A stretch of 64,000 bases of DNA from Intestinibacillus sp. (GCA_963664255.1 OY760938.1:1975638-2039637), one strand, 5' to 3'; positions 28,465 through 38,747 are shown, counted from the first letter of the stretch. Translations and numbers: made by a program. Notes: generated from the letters alone by a model not told the origin.

Positions 28465-28602
28465 ATTTTCTTGCTTTGTTTTCGCTCATTCCCTAGCGAC
28501 AAGATTTATTATATAGCATATATCGCCCTAAGTCAACACTTTTTTAAAAAAAGATGAAAGAAGTTTTGATTTTCTTTTGAAATGCTTTGTTTTGTTCTGA
28601 AA

Positions 28603-28948
28603 TCACAGTGTTTTTTTAAAATTACAGGGTTTTAGATGTGTGATACTGTTTCGGCTTCCGTTATTACTGGTGTCCTTAATACCATTTATCATGCAATACA
28701 AATGCACCATTTCATGGAGCAGGGTAGCCAGCACGCTTTCAATCGGTCTGGAATAGATGCTCTGCGCTGATATTGATTTCATGATAGCTGCTTTTTTCAT
28801 CGTTCCAGACCTTGTTTACTGTAATATAGCCATAGTTTTTGGGACTGCTTTGAATTGTAATGACCGTTTTGGGAAGCTGACTGCTGAAATATACGGAGTT
28901 CAGCACTTCAAAAGCATTTTCAAACAGCATACTATCCGATGCCAACAC
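28603..28948 (-). pseudogene. SprT-like zinc-metallopeptidase gene, frameshifted
   Basis: Two overlapping minus-strand ORFs join into one SprT-like sequence: ...LNSVYFSSQLPKTVITIQSSPKNYGYI...HEINISAEHL / SRPIESVLATLLHEMVHLYCMINGIKDTSNNG. The HExxH motif sits in the second frame and the C-terminus looks degenerate. Confidence 0.6.
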
Positions 28949-29279
28949 AAAAAAACACCTCCAATTAAACTTTTCAGAAATATCACTGAAATGCTTGATT
29001 GGAGCTATAAAAATTAACGTGCACTTGTTAAAATCATAAATATTTAAAGAAACTTTGCCATAAAATCTGCTGGCGTCATTATATCAGGCTTTTCAATTAC
29101 AATGCGCAAGGAAAGTGCCGACCCTATGGAAGCCTTTATAGATGGTGTTTCAAAGCTATAAATGGTAAAATAAATAGTACAAGCAAAACCGCCTATACCA
29201 AAACAGAACTTTTATAAGGGGAAGTACGCCTAAAAACAGAAAAATCCCCTGCAATCATTACGATTACAGGGTTTTCTTA

Positions 29280-29356
29280 TGGTCGAGGTGACAGGATTTG
29301 AACCTGCGGCCTCTTCGTCCCGAACGAAGCGCTCTACCAAGCTGAGCCACACCTCG
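29280..29356 (-). tRNA. tRNA-Pro (anticodon CGG)
   Basis: The reverse complement is CGAGGTGTGGCTCAGCTTGGTAGAGCGCTTCGTTCGGGACGAAGAGGCCGCAGGTTCAAATCCTGTCACCTCGACCA. Confidence 0.9.
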
Positions 29357-29520
29357 ATACAATCATCTGCTCAACGAAGATTATTATATCAAAAGAAAGG
29401 TATGCTGTCAACTGTTTTTGTTGAAAAATATCGAAGTGAAAATGAAATTTGCTTTGGATGCACCGATTGCAGCTGTACGGTATAGGATAGACTATTCCAT
29501 AAAGAGGAGGTGTGCGAACG

Positions 29521-29748
29521 ATGGAGATGCGTATGGAGGAAATGCAGATGATGATGGCGCAAATGCATGCACAAACCTATTCATATGATATGCAGCTTGC
29601 GCAATATTTTCAAAAAATCAGCGAGGTTTATGCAGCTATGGCACAAGGGGAACGGAAGATGTATCAGCACTTTTTAGAAAAAAATGGAATGCAGTCAAGG
29701 ATGAATAAACCCAAAATGCAGCCCATGATGCCAGAGATGATGCCGTGA
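29521..29748 (+). CDS. Met-rich small protein, unknown function
   Basis: GAGGAGG lies upstream. MEMRMEEMQMMMAQMHAQ...MNKPKMQPMMPEMMP has roughly a quarter of its residues as Met. Confidence 0.5.
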   Translation: MEMRMEEMQMMMAQMHAQTYSYDMQLAQYFQKISEVYAAMAQGERKMYQHFLEKNGMQSRMNKPKMQPMMPEMMP

Positions 29749-29800
29749 TGCACGCTTTTTCGGTCGCTGGCATAAGATGTAGGGAAGAGGAGGTGATAAA

Positions 29801-30304
29801 ATGCCAAATACTCCCTATAATCCATATCAAGTACCGATGACAGAGGAAACACAAGACATGACACCAATGCTGCCGGTGCCGTGGATGGACCATATGATGC
29901 CAGATAATCCATTCGGTCCAATGCAGGACCTTGTGCAAAATCAAACAGATATAGACATTTCTGATGAAACGATTCAAGAGCTGTTTCCAGAACTATATCC
30001 CGAGCTCAAGCCGCATATTGAGCATATTGCGCAGCTGCTGCAGAGTCAGGAACTGACGGATAGCCAAATTGATGCCATTGTGGAAGAAATTTTAAAAAAC
30101 AGCAGCCTATCAAATAATACAGAACCGATGCAGGAGCCAATGGAAACTACCATTGCAACACAGACCAATCCTTGGGGACGATATACCCCCTATCCCTATC
30201 CAAACCCCTATCATCGGCGCAGAAGATACTCGAGATATTATTATGATTTATCCTTACAGGATTTGGTGCGGCTGATGCTGGTGCATGAGCTGTGGCGATA
30301 TTAA
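29801..30304 (+). CDS. Met/Pro-rich protein, unknown function
   Basis: GGAGGTG RBS 7 nt upstream. It has a Pro/Met-rich N-terminus, an acidic middle, and a Tyr/Pro/Arg-rich C-terminal patch (RYTPYPYPNPYHRRRRYSRYYYD). Confidence 0.6.
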   Translation: MPNTPYNPYQVPMTEETQDMTPMLPVPWMDHMMPDNPFGPMQDLVQNQTDIDISDETIQELFPELYPELKPHIEHIAQLLQSQELTDSQIDAIVEEILKNSSLSNNTEPMQEPMETTIATQTNPWGRYTPYPYPNPYHRRRRYSRYYYDLSLQDLVRLMLVHELWRY

Positions 30305-30309
30305 AACCT

Positions 30310-30459
30310 GTATTCATAACGGTGAGTAGGTCAAATAGGCATATCTTTTCCGCTATGCGGCGTTAAAACTCCTTGGAATACACCAAGTATTCCTGCGTCA
30401 TTTTACCTTGTCTAGCAAAAAAATCTATACCTACTACACCCACTCTCGTTTATGAATAC
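30310..30459. repeat. MITE-like intergenic repeat, copy 2
   Basis: Same termini and internal blocks as 19162-19345 but with a shorter centre. It starts 6 nt after a stop codon. Confidence 0.7.
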
Positions 30460-30616
30460 AGTTTCTTAGAAAACTTCATTTTTGAAACCGTTTTATGCGA
30501 GGAAGTTTTTATTGAATCATAGGATGTATAGATGATATACTGAATATATTGTGTTGGATAAGAACCTGTTTGATGTTATGCATACAGGTTTTAATTTTTG
30601 GAAAAGGAAGTTGGCT

Positions 30617-31990
30617 ATGGAGCTGATAAAAAATAAGATATATCGTGCGGAATTCGTGGACTATACGACAGATGGGGCTGCCATTGCCAAAATTGGGGGA
30701 ATTCCTGTTTTTGTGCCAGGGGGTGCAGTAGGAGACCAATGTGATATTATGATTCTGAAAGTCAATCGGCGGATGGCTTTTGGGCGGATTCAAAAAATCA
30801 TCGTTGCCTCGAAGCATCGTATACAACCAGAATGTGTGTATGCAGACCGCTGCGGTGGCTGCTGCTGGCAGCATATCACGTATGCAGAAGAATTGCGTGC
30901 GAAACAAAAAAAGGTGCAGGATGCATTGACCCGAATCGGTGGAATTTCGATTGCGGTGGAAGAAATCGTGGGAGGAGAAACGACAACACACTATCGCAAT
31001 AAAGCACAATATCCTGTGGGTATGCAGCAGGAACAGGCTGTGACAGGATTTTATCGGATACGTAGCCATGATATTGTGCCGATGACACAATGCTTGATTC
31101 AATCCCCAAAAGCCGACCAAATTGCGACATTGGTACGTCAATGGATGAACACCTACCATGTTCCGGCATATGATGAACATACAAAGCGGGGTATGATTCG
31201 ACATGTGTATGTACGCACGGGTACAGCCAGTGGACAAACCCAGCTTTGCTTAGTGGCGGCAACCTTTCAGCTGCCAGCACTACAAGAATTGATTGCATTG
31301 TTGACAGAACAAGTGCCATCCTTGGTGAGTATTGTGCTTAACCATAATGCAAAGCCAAATAATAGCATTCTTGGACAAAAAAATAAAACGATTTGGGGCA
31401 GTGATACCTTAGAAGATACCCTATGCGGCAATGTGTTTTCACTGTCACCACAGTCCTTTTATCAAGTGAATCATGCGCAGGCAGAAAATTTATATGCCTG
31501 TGCGATTGCATTTGCACAACTGGATGGCACACAACGTGTGTTGGAGCTTTATTGCGGCGCAGGTACCATTACACTGGCTATGGCTAAGTATGCAAAACGT
31601 GTGATTGGTGTAGAGGTTGTGCCAGAAGCCGTCACCAATGCCCGTGAAAATGCGCAGAGAAATCATATCGAAAATGTGGAGTTTATTTGTGCCGACGCAG
31701 GACAGGCGGCAATGATGTTGGCTGCAAATGCAGATGTACCTGATGTGATTGTGGTAGACCCGCCGCGCCGTGGATTGGACGATATGGCGATTTCAGCGAT
31801 GGTGCAGATGCAGCCAGAAAAAATTGTATATGTGTCATGTGACCCCGCAACACTTGCGCGGGATTGTAAATTGCTGCAGGTGCAGGGGTTTTATGTTGAG
31901 AAGTGTCGGGCGTTTGATTTGTTCCCGAGGACGGGGCATGTGGAAGCGATAGTTCTGATGACGCGTAGTGGTTCAGGTACGGAAAAATAG
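30617..31990 (+). CDS. rumA: 23S rRNA (uracil-5-)-methyltransferase RumA/RlmD family
   Basis: The ATG at 30617 follows AAAGGAAG. Features are a TRAM-like N-terminus, the Cys cluster CVYADRCGGCCWQH, SAM motif LELYCGAGT, DPPRRG, and the catalytic SCDP. Confidence 0.85.
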   Translation: MELIKNKIYRAEFVDYTTDGAAIAKIGGIPVFVPGGAVGDQCDIMILKVNRRMAFGRIQKIIVASKHRIQPECVYADRCGGCCWQHITYAEELRAKQKKVQDALTRIGGISIAVEEIVGGETTTHYRNKAQYPVGMQQEQAVTGFYRIRSHDIVPMTQCLIQSPKADQIATLVRQWMNTYHVPAYDEHTKRGMIRHVYVRTGTASGQTQLCLVAATFQLPALQELIALLTEQVPSLVSIVLNHNAKPNNSILGQKNKTIWGSDTLEDTLCGNVFSLSPQSFYQVNHAQAENLYACAIAFAQLDGTQRVLELYCGAGTITLAMAKYAKRVIGVEVVPEAVTNARENAQRNHIENVEFICADAGQAAMMLAANADVPDVIVVDPPRRGLDDMAISAMVQMQPEKIVYVSCDPATLARDCKLLQVQGFYVEKCRAFDLFPRTGHVEAIVLMTRSGSGTEK

Positions 31991-32028
31991 AGTTTGACCA
32001 CAATATGTTGTGGTTTTGAGCCGATTTT

Positions 32029-32068
32029 GGGGTCAAAAAACAGTGGGAAAATGACGTTTTTTGACCCC
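32029..32068. repeat. Perfect 13-bp inverted repeat at the core/accessory boundary
   Basis: GGGGTCAAAAAAC - 14 nt - GTTTTTTGACCCC, just after rumA where the base composition turns AT-rich. It may be a terminator or a recombination-site remnant. Confidence 0.5.
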
Positions 32069-32097
32069 TAAAAAAGGGCGAAAATATAGATGACATT

Positions 32098-32934
32098 TTG
32101 AAATGGGGGATTAAAGTGAGTAGTGAACCAAGCAGTTTTTCTAAATATCTAGTTATATTTGTAGACATTCTTGGAAGCCAGAATAGAAATGATTTTCAAA
32201 AAACATATCAAATTAATAAGATATTTCATGAAGAACTTGAAAAAAACAGGCAAAATGATATGTCTCATACTGTCTATTTTAGAAAGATATACACTTTTTC
32301 TGATTGTGCTTATATTTTTTATGGTTTTAAAGATGAAGAAACAATATCTGATGAGCGCAAAATCGTGGATCAATTATTTAAAGTGGCATTATGTAATTGC
32401 GAGCCTATATTCTTAAGGTTTATCAAAGAAAAAATTCTTTTTAGAGGCGGAGTATCCTACGGCGATGCTTATGTTGATTCGTGCAGGAGTATGTTTTTTG
32501 GTGATGCTGTGAATAAAGCTTACAAGTTGGAATCAGAAATAGCCATACATCCTCGTATTGTTATTGATGACTCTATTGCTACTGCAGTTTTGGAAAACAT
32601 AACATCGGTAAAATATAAAATAGCAGTACAAAACCCCGAGTATATGCTTTATTTGGGATCAGGATTGATACCCAAAATGCCTGAAACGGGTGATGGAATT
32701 ATTGAGAAAGATATTGATGGAAAATATATCTTTAATTATTTACATTTCCCAGAAAATAATATACTCGCACAAGATTACTATTCATCTTGTGAAGAGTTTA
32801 TAAAAGAGCTTATAGACTATTGCTCTGAGCAAATAAATGAGAATACACAGTTTAAAATTATTGACAAATACTATTATCTTCTAAGGTTTTCTCAAGCGAA
32901 GTTGGATAACTTGTTAAGCCAATTTGAAATTTGA
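32098..32934 (+). CDS. Class III nucleotidyl-cyclase-like protein (Pycsar-cyclase-like), orphan
   Basis: The order of motifs fits the class III cyclase palm: YLVIFVDILGS (metal Asp), TFSDCAYIF, then FRGGVSYGDAYV....FFGDAVNKAYKLESEIAIHPRIVI. About 110 aa at the C-terminus are unassigned. Confidence 0.5.
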   Translation: MKWGIKVSSEPSSFSKYLVIFVDILGSQNRNDFQKTYQINKIFHEELEKNRQNDMSHTVYFRKIYTFSDCAYIFYGFKDEETISDERKIVDQLFKVALCNCEPIFLRFIKEKILFRGGVSYGDAYVDSCRSMFFGDAVNKAYKLESEIAIHPRIVIDDSIATAVLENITSVKYKIAVQNPEYMLYLGSGLIPKMPETGDGIIEKDIDGKYIFNYLHFPENNILAQDYYSSCEEFIKELIDYCSEQINENTQFKIIDKYYYLLRFSQAKLDNLLSQFEI

Positions 32935-33028
32935 TATAAAAAAGTGTTATAGAGAAATATTTAAATTCCGATTTGGTATTTGGTCATGATTTTCTAGCAA
33001 AGGAAATCAATAACTATAGAATCTAACG

Positions 33029-33073
33029 GCAAGTCTTAGGTTGATTTAAAAATCTACAGACTTGCTGTTTTTT
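33029..33073 (+). terminator. Rho-independent terminator after the cyclase-like gene
   Basis: Stem GCAAGTCT / AGACTTGC followed by TGTTTTTT. Confidence 0.6.
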
Positions 33074-33105
33074 ATGCCCAAAATCAGAAAGCGAGGAGAA
33101 CAAGG

Positions 33106-33946
33106 ATGTCGAAATTTTTTATGTATGGCTCAGAGCTTCAAGAACTTGAACACCTAATTATGCTTGTTCCAAATATTTACCAAGAAGAAGTAGGGGTGTT
33201 TGCTGTGCAGAGGTTTAGAAATGAAGAAGTACCAAGTAGATTTGAAAAAGATTATGAATACATCAAAGCATATTGCAATTCAAATGTATCCGGTAGAGTC
33301 TCGAATAAAATTGCTGGTGGAAACATTAATTATGAAGAGACTATCTGCAGTTGCTTCGATAGATGCGAGTCGCATCATCTGTACGTGCGGGTTGGGGATT
33401 TAATCAGGAACCATGATAGGGAACTCTTCTTAAGTCCTAAGCATCGTTCTAGATTCCAAACGGTCTGTCGAATTCAAAATGAAGCGATTGAAAAACGAAA
33501 CCCATTCTATCTAGCTACATTGTTTTTACAGACCACAGATGGTGCAGCAAAGGATCACATCTACTTAGATCGTTTTTATTTCAAGAAGAAGCAGATTGAT
33601 GCCTTGCAAAAACAGATGCTGACGCTTATCGAAGATAATGCACGACAAGGGGCTGTCAGCGAAGAGTTTGATGAAGCATACAGAAAGTTATCCGAACAGA
33701 TAAACGAGTTAAAACAGGCGAAATTACAGGTTGTAAGGGCACAGAAACAGGCTGAAGAACTATGCTGAAAGAGTTGATGAACTGGACAAGGCAATCAAGA
33801 CCGTAAACCCAGAGGTAAGAGAGTTTGATCATGAGCTTGTGAAAAGACTTATCTATAGCATCAAGGTTCATAAGGGCATGAAAATAATCATACAGTTTCA
33901 CTCTGGGATTGTTATGACGGAAAGTGTGGATTATTACGAAGACTAA
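33106..33946 (+). pseudogene. Remnant of a large serine recombinase (C-terminal coiled-coil and tail), frameshifted
   Basis: The ORF end ...QKQMLTLIEDNARQGAVSEEFDEAYRKLSEQINELKQAKLQVVRAQKQAEEL continues in another frame as KNYAERVDELDKAIKTVNPEVREFDHELVKRLIYSIKVHKGMKIIIQFHSGIVMTESV. This resembles the tail of clostridial large serine recombinases. No catalytic N-terminal domain is present. Confidence 0.45.
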
Positions 33947-34141
33947 TAAATAGGAATAACGAATAAGGAATAATAGCCGTGGCTGCTAAATGGCTGCGGT
34001 TTTTTATTTGGATTATTTATTGATGCAATAAAGTCTCTTTGTATAATATCAACATTTGTTATGTATTAAACAGTCAAACAGTTGATCTAATTTATATAAC
34101 GTCTTTATACAACGTGATCACTCATTGTTTGAATGATTTAA

Positions 34142-34170
34142 TTGACGATATACAATCTAGGTTTTATAAT
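34142..34170 (+). promoter_or_regulatory. Sigma-70-type promoter of the HTH-MTase-kinase-receiver-HNH operon
   Basis: TTGACG - 17 nt - TATAAT. Confidence 0.55.
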
Positions 34171-34205
34171 TAATACTATAAAATTTATGATATAGGTGAT
34201 TGATT

Positions 34206-34415
34206 ATGACGATTTCAGAGCAGATAAAAGTTTTATGTGTTCGATCAAATATTAGTGTTTCAGAGTTAGCGCGAAGAATTGGCACAACTCCGCAGAATTT
34301 AAACGCAAAGATGAAAAGGGAGAGCTTTTCAATTGCTGAGCTTGAGAAAATTGCTGAAGCGGTAGGTAGTGAATTTGAACGTTATTTTGTATTAAAAAGG
34401 GGAGAGAAAATTTAG
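34206..34415 (+). CDS. XRE-family HTH protein (possible controller)
   Basis: AGGTGA lies 6 nt before ATG 34206. VSELARRIGTTPQNLNAKMKRESFSIAELEKIAEAVG is a Cro/C1-type HTH. Confidence 0.75.
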   Translation: MTISEQIKVLCVRSNISVSELARRIGTTPQNLNAKMKRESFSIAELEKIAEAVGSEFERYFVLKRGEKI

Positions 34416-34416
34416 T

Positions 34417-35994
34417 ATGTTGAATAAAATGGAAACAATCGGAAATGATAAAATGGATGAAAAATCCACTGGGTCTTATTATACTCCACACGACTTAATA
34501 AAATATATGATTTCATTTGTTAGAAAAAAGACAGAAGTAAAAAGAATTCTAGAGCCATCAGCTGGAGATGGTCGGTTTGTTGAAGCCTTATGTAAATTTG
34601 GCTATAATATTCATGCAATTGAAATCGATGAAGCTAAGTCGGAATATCTGGAAAAACAAGAATTTAAAAATACAAAAATTACTTCAGCTGATTTTATTAA
34701 ATATGCACTCACGCATGAGGAGAGCTATGATTTAATTATTGGCAACCCGCCCTATATAAGTAAAAGAAATTTGGAGGAAGCAAGTAGGGAATTGTCATAC
34801 GAGTTGATGGAGTATTTTAACTTGCCAAATAGTTTGTTTCAAAATCTTTGGGTATCATTCATTTTGGCTTCTATCAAATTACTTTCGCCAAATGGTTCAA
34901 TTTTTTTCGTTTTGCCTTTTGAGTTTTTGCAAGTTCAATATGCTGAGAAATTAAGAAACTACCTCGAAACAAGATTTAGTTCAATTGAGATTATTACATT
35001 TGAAGAAAGGATATTTGATTATATTGAGCAAGATGTTTGCCTTGTTTATTTATCAAATGAGGATAGCGTTGATTCATTTATTAGATATTCAACAATTAAG
35101 AATTTGTTGAATACAGAGCCGAATTTTGAGAGTACCATAAAGAGAAATAAACCATTGAGTAAATGGTCAAATTGTATTCTTAATGATATTGAAACCGAAA
35201 CGCTCAGAAACATATGTGAAGCATATCCAAAAGTTAAAGAGTTTGGGGATATTTCTCCTGGGATAGTAACTGGCGCAAATGACTTTTTCATCCTTAATCA
35301 AGACGCAATTAGTAATTTAGGTGCTGTAGAAAACGATTTAAAGATAGTGTCAAAAAGCGCTGATTTGGCAGATAAACTATTGTTTTCTGTCGAAGACTAT
35401 AATTTGCTTGTTGATGAAAAGAAAAAGGTTAAAATGCTTAATCTAAATGATGTTCAAGAAGACACATTCTCGGCTGAGTTAAAACAATACTTAAAAAGTG
35501 GTGAGGATAAAGAAATAAGTGAACGATATAAGTGTTCAAAAAGAAAACGCTGGTATGATGTTCCAATTATAAAAAAGGGAGATGCTTGCTTTTTTAAAAG
35601 ATATAATATACTGCCACGAATTATTGTTAATGAAGCAAATGTTTTTACGACTGATATTGCATATAATATAAGATTTAATCAAAATTTTGATAAAGAATCA
35701 TTTGCTTTTTGCTTTTATAACTCATTGACATTAGTGCTATGTGAATATAATGGTCGCTTTTATGGCGGTGGGGTTGGTGAATTAGTTCCAAACGAGTTTA
35801 AAGAATTGCACATACCATATTGTAGGGTAAGTAAAGATCAAATAATGACTTTGGATTCGATGTTTAGGCGAAAATGTGATTACCTGGACATAGTTGATTA
35901 TGTTGATAGCATTGTTTTAAAATTATCAGATCAGCAAAAACATAACTTGCAAAACATGAGAAATCGATATTTAAAAAGAAGATTAAAACAATAG
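34417..35994 (+). CDS. N6-adenine DNA methyltransferase (gamma-class, Eco57I/TaqI-like) with C-terminal target-recognition region
   Basis: GSYYTPHDL, motif I LEPSAGDGRF, and motif IV IIGNPPYISK. The start is 1 nt after the HTH stop. Confidence 0.85.
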   Translation: MLNKMETIGNDKMDEKSTGSYYTPHDLIKYMISFVRKKTEVKRILEPSAGDGRFVEALCKFGYNIHAIEIDEAKSEYLEKQEFKNTKITSADFIKYALTHEESYDLIIGNPPYISKRNLEEASRELSYELMEYFNLPNSLFQNLWVSFILASIKLLSPNGSIFFVLPFEFLQVQYAEKLRNYLETRFSSIEIITFEERIFDYIEQDVCLVYLSNEDSVDSFIRYSTIKNLLNTEPNFESTIKRNKPLSKWSNCILNDIETETLRNICEAYPKVKEFGDISPGIVTGANDFFILNQDAISNLGAVENDLKIVSKSADLADKLLFSVEDYNLLVDEKKKVKMLNLNDVQEDTFSAELKQYLKSGEDKEISERYKCSKRKRWYDVPIIKKGDACFFKRYNILPRIIVNEANVFTTDIAYNIRFNQNFDKESFAFCFYNSLTLVLCEYNGRFYGGGVGELVPNEFKELHIPYCRVSKDQIMTLDSMFRRKCDYLDIVDYVDSIVLKLSDQQKHNLQNMRNRYLKRRLKQ

Positions 35995-36006
35995 GAGGCT
36001 ACTGAA

Positions 36007-38151
36007 GTGGAAGAATTAAAATATATCATTGAAGATAGCACAATTGTTGAGCTATTAGGTATTCAAAACTTTACAAATGATGAGTCTGCAGTGCTTGAAT
36101 TAGTAAAAAATTCATATGATGCAAGAGCTCCGCTGCTCTCTTTGACATTTGAAGCGAATCAATTGATTATTGAAGATAATGGAACGGGAATGGATGCAAA
36201 TGACATTAGAAGACATTGGATGCATGTTGGTAAGAGTAATAAAGAATATGAAGTAGTAGATGATAATAATAACATTAGGATATTGGCTGGATCCAAAGGA
36301 ATAGGTCGGTTTGCACTGTCGAAATTAGGAAGAAATGTTCAAATATTTTCAAAAAAAGCTGATGCAGTGGGAATTGTATGGATAACTGATTGGAATAATT
36401 CTTTATTAAATGAAGATGAGACGCTAAAAGAGTGTGGTACTAAAATCATTATTAGCAACTTGAGAGAGAAATGGGGCAAGAGGAAAGTGGAAAATCTTGC
36501 TGAGTTTATATCAAAGACGTATAATGACAGCTCAATGAAAATCGAAGTTAAACATCCCGATGTTTTAAAAACGATAAAAAAATATTTTCCAACTCCTAAA
36601 TTAGGTGGAAATTGTTTGAGTAATATTCAGATAATTTATGATAGCAATAAATGCATAATTACTACCAAAATACAGTCAGATGAATTTCTTGATAACGCAT
36701 CGAATTATTGCTCTGGTACAAATCTCAAAGAATACAGTGTTGTATCTGATATGATTGACGAGTTAAAGGATTCAAAAGAACTAGATTTATCTGTGGATGC
36801 ACTTAGGGAAAGCCTATTAAAAATCGGTGATTTCTCTGCTGAGATGTATTTTAACATTAACTCAACTTCAATTGAAATGGAAAAATTTTTATATAAATAT
36901 TCGAGTTTGCCTGAGCCAATTAAAGGTGGGATAGTTTTATACCGAAATGCGTTCAGTATCTCAGCGTATGAAGGAAAAAAGGACTGGTTAGGGCTAGGTA
37001 AACGTTCTCGAAAGTCTCCAGCAGCAGCGTCACATCCAACAGGAGCATGGAGAGTTCGTGAAAACCAATTGGCTGGAAAGGTTGAAATTGATAAGAAGCT
37101 GAATTTTGTGTTACAAGATTTATCAAATCGACAGGGACTAGATGAAAACATTTATTATCAAATATTCCTAGAGATTATCTTAACAGGAATAAAAGAATTT
37201 GAACGATATCGGCAAAGTATTATTCGACAGATTGACGTAAAGAATAACGTTGAAGAGGACGAAAAGCCTACACCAGTTTCTGATAAAGTCCTTTCAAACC
37301 CTGTAACAGTTTCACAATTATCCGCTCAAGAAGCTAGACAGTTAGCCGCTGAGATTAAAACCTATCGAAAAGAAAGTTATGAATTTAAACGTGAGAAAGC
37401 TAATGTTGAAGAACGTTATAAGTATGATGTTCGAATTTTAAATGTTTTAGCTACAACTGGGTTAAAAGCATCATCAATTGCTCATGAAATGAGAAATGAT
37501 CGAAATTCTATTTCCGATAATAGTAGCAACATCATACTTGCACTTAAAGAGTACGATATGTGGGAAGAACTTTTGTCTCCGGATAAAACAGAAAAAGCTT
37601 ATAAGAATGTTCCTCATTTAATAAAATCAAACAGTGAAGTTAGCAAAAAGATAGTAGCATTTATGGATACAATGCTCTCAGAGGTTGAAAAGAAGCAATT
37701 TGAGGCGACTTGGCAAAGTATGTTTGATTTTTTGAATAAAATAAAGAGTGTTTGGGAAAGAGATTACGCTTGGGTTACAATAAATACTCAAATGAGTGAG
37801 GACATACGCTTGCTTATGTCAGAAGATATTATACGCGTTGTTTTTGATAATCTTATATTAAATAGTATCCAGCAAAATGAGAATAAAGATCATCTTGAAA
37901 TTGCCATTAATGCTGTCGAACGAAATAATATGGTGCATTGTATTTATAATGATAATGGTAAAGGGTTAGATAAGAAGTATATCTCAAATCCAAGAAAAAT
38001 ATTAGAAGTACATGAGACTACACGAAAAAACGGACATGGTCTTGGAATGTGGATTGTTAATAACACGATAGTTATGTCTGGCGGAGAAATAACACAGATT
38101 AGCGGAAATAATGGTTTTTCAATTGAATTTCTTATTGGAGGTAAAATATAG
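36007..38151 (+). CDS. Fusion of a MORC/MutL-like GHKL ATPase module and a histidine-kinase core (HisKA-like H-box plus HATPase)
   Basis: AGGAGG lies 8 nt before GTG 36007. N-terminal motifs are ELVKNSYDA, IIEDNGTGMD and GSKGIGRFA. C-terminal motifs are the H-box SSIAHEMRND, N-box DNLILNSIQ, G1 DNGKGLD and G2 GHGLGMWIV. Confidence 0.75.
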   Translation: MEELKYIIEDSTIVELLGIQNFTNDESAVLELVKNSYDARAPLLSLTFEANQLIIEDNGTGMDANDIRRHWMHVGKSNKEYEVVDDNNNIRILAGSKGIGRFALSKLGRNVQIFSKKADAVGIVWITDWNNSLLNEDETLKECGTKIIISNLREKWGKRKVENLAEFISKTYNDSSMKIEVKHPDVLKTIKKYFPTPKLGGNCLSNIQIIYDSNKCIITTKIQSDEFLDNASNYCSGTNLKEYSVVSDMIDELKDSKELDLSVDALRESLLKIGDFSAEMYFNINSTSIEMEKFLYKYSSLPEPIKGGIVLYRNAFSISAYEGKKDWLGLGKRSRKSPAAASHPTGAWRVRENQLAGKVEIDKKLNFVLQDLSNRQGLDENIYYQIFLEIILTGIKEFERYRQSIIRQIDVKNNVEEDEKPTPVSDKVLSNPVTVSQLSAQEARQLAAEIKTYRKESYEFKREKANVEERYKYDVRILNVLATTGLKASSIAHEMRNDRNSISDNSSNIILALKEYDMWEELLSPDKTEKAYKNVPHLIKSNSEVSKKIVAFMDTMLSEVEKKQFEATWQSMFDFLNKIKSVWERDYAWVTINTQMSEDIRLLMSEDIIRVVFDNLILNSIQQNENKDHLEIAINAVERNNMVHCIYNDNGKGLDKKYISNPRKILEVHETTRKNGHGLGMWIVNNTIVMSGGEITQISGNNGFSIEFLIGGKI

Positions 38152-38747
38152 TGGAAAAGTATAATATATTGTATATTGATGATTCCCCTGAGCAGGGGCT
38201 TGGTCGCTACCTTGATAGTGAGTACTCAAATTCTGAATATGAAATAGATTACTCAGAAATTCAATTTATGCCTGAAGACGGATACGAGTGCCTAATTAGA
38301 AATCCTAAAGTTCAAGAAGCTAATATAATTTTTATTGACTCTAGATTGTTTGAAAATAGGTCCGTTGCGGCAGGGAAATTCACTGGAGAAGAGTTTAAAA
38401 TCATTCTCAAAAAATATTATCCTTTTATTGAGGTTATCGTAATTACTCAGAATGAAGCAGATCCAAGTGTTGGCACAATCTCAAAATATGATTCTAATTG
38501 TGGCAAAACTAATAGTGAGTACTACGCCGAACTGTTACCAGATTTTATTAATAAGGCTATCGCTAATATCTCGATATATAGACGGCTTGCAGGAAAATTG
38601 GAAACTAATACAAGTTGGGAGCGGGCGCTAATTGAAAAAATATTAAATTCTCTAAATGGAATAGGAACTTATGATGAGCTATCAAAAACCGATGTTGACA
38701 AGCTTATTTCTACATTTAAAGAAATTCAGGAGAAGATAGATGGCTAA
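38151..38747 (+). CDS. Receiver-domain (response-regulator-like) protein with a helical C-terminal extension
   Basis: GGAGGT RBS, with the GTG overlapping the upstream TAG (TAGTG). Receiver pattern: ILYIDDSPE, IIFIDSRL, VIVITQ, ISKYD. No recognisable DNA-binding output domain. Confidence 0.65.
   Translation: MEKYNILYIDDSPEQGLGRYLDSEYSNSEYEIDYSEIQFMPEDGYECLIRNPKVQEANIIFIDSRLFENRSVAAGKFTGEEFKIILKKYYPFIEVIVITQNEADPSVGTISKYDSNCGKTNSEYYAELLPDFINKAIANISIYRRLAGKLETNTSWERALIEKILNSLNGIGTYDELSKTDVDKLISTFKEIQEKIDG

Noticed and set aside
32067-32085. Near-repeat CCTAAAA(AA)GGGCGAAAAT, also found at 62955-71, as possible att direct repeats flanking about 31 kb
   Set aside because: It is a single short AT-rich match with an indel. 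The resident recombinases are serine-type, which do not generate long direct repeats, and the second copy lies inside a local hairpin. This is probably chance.
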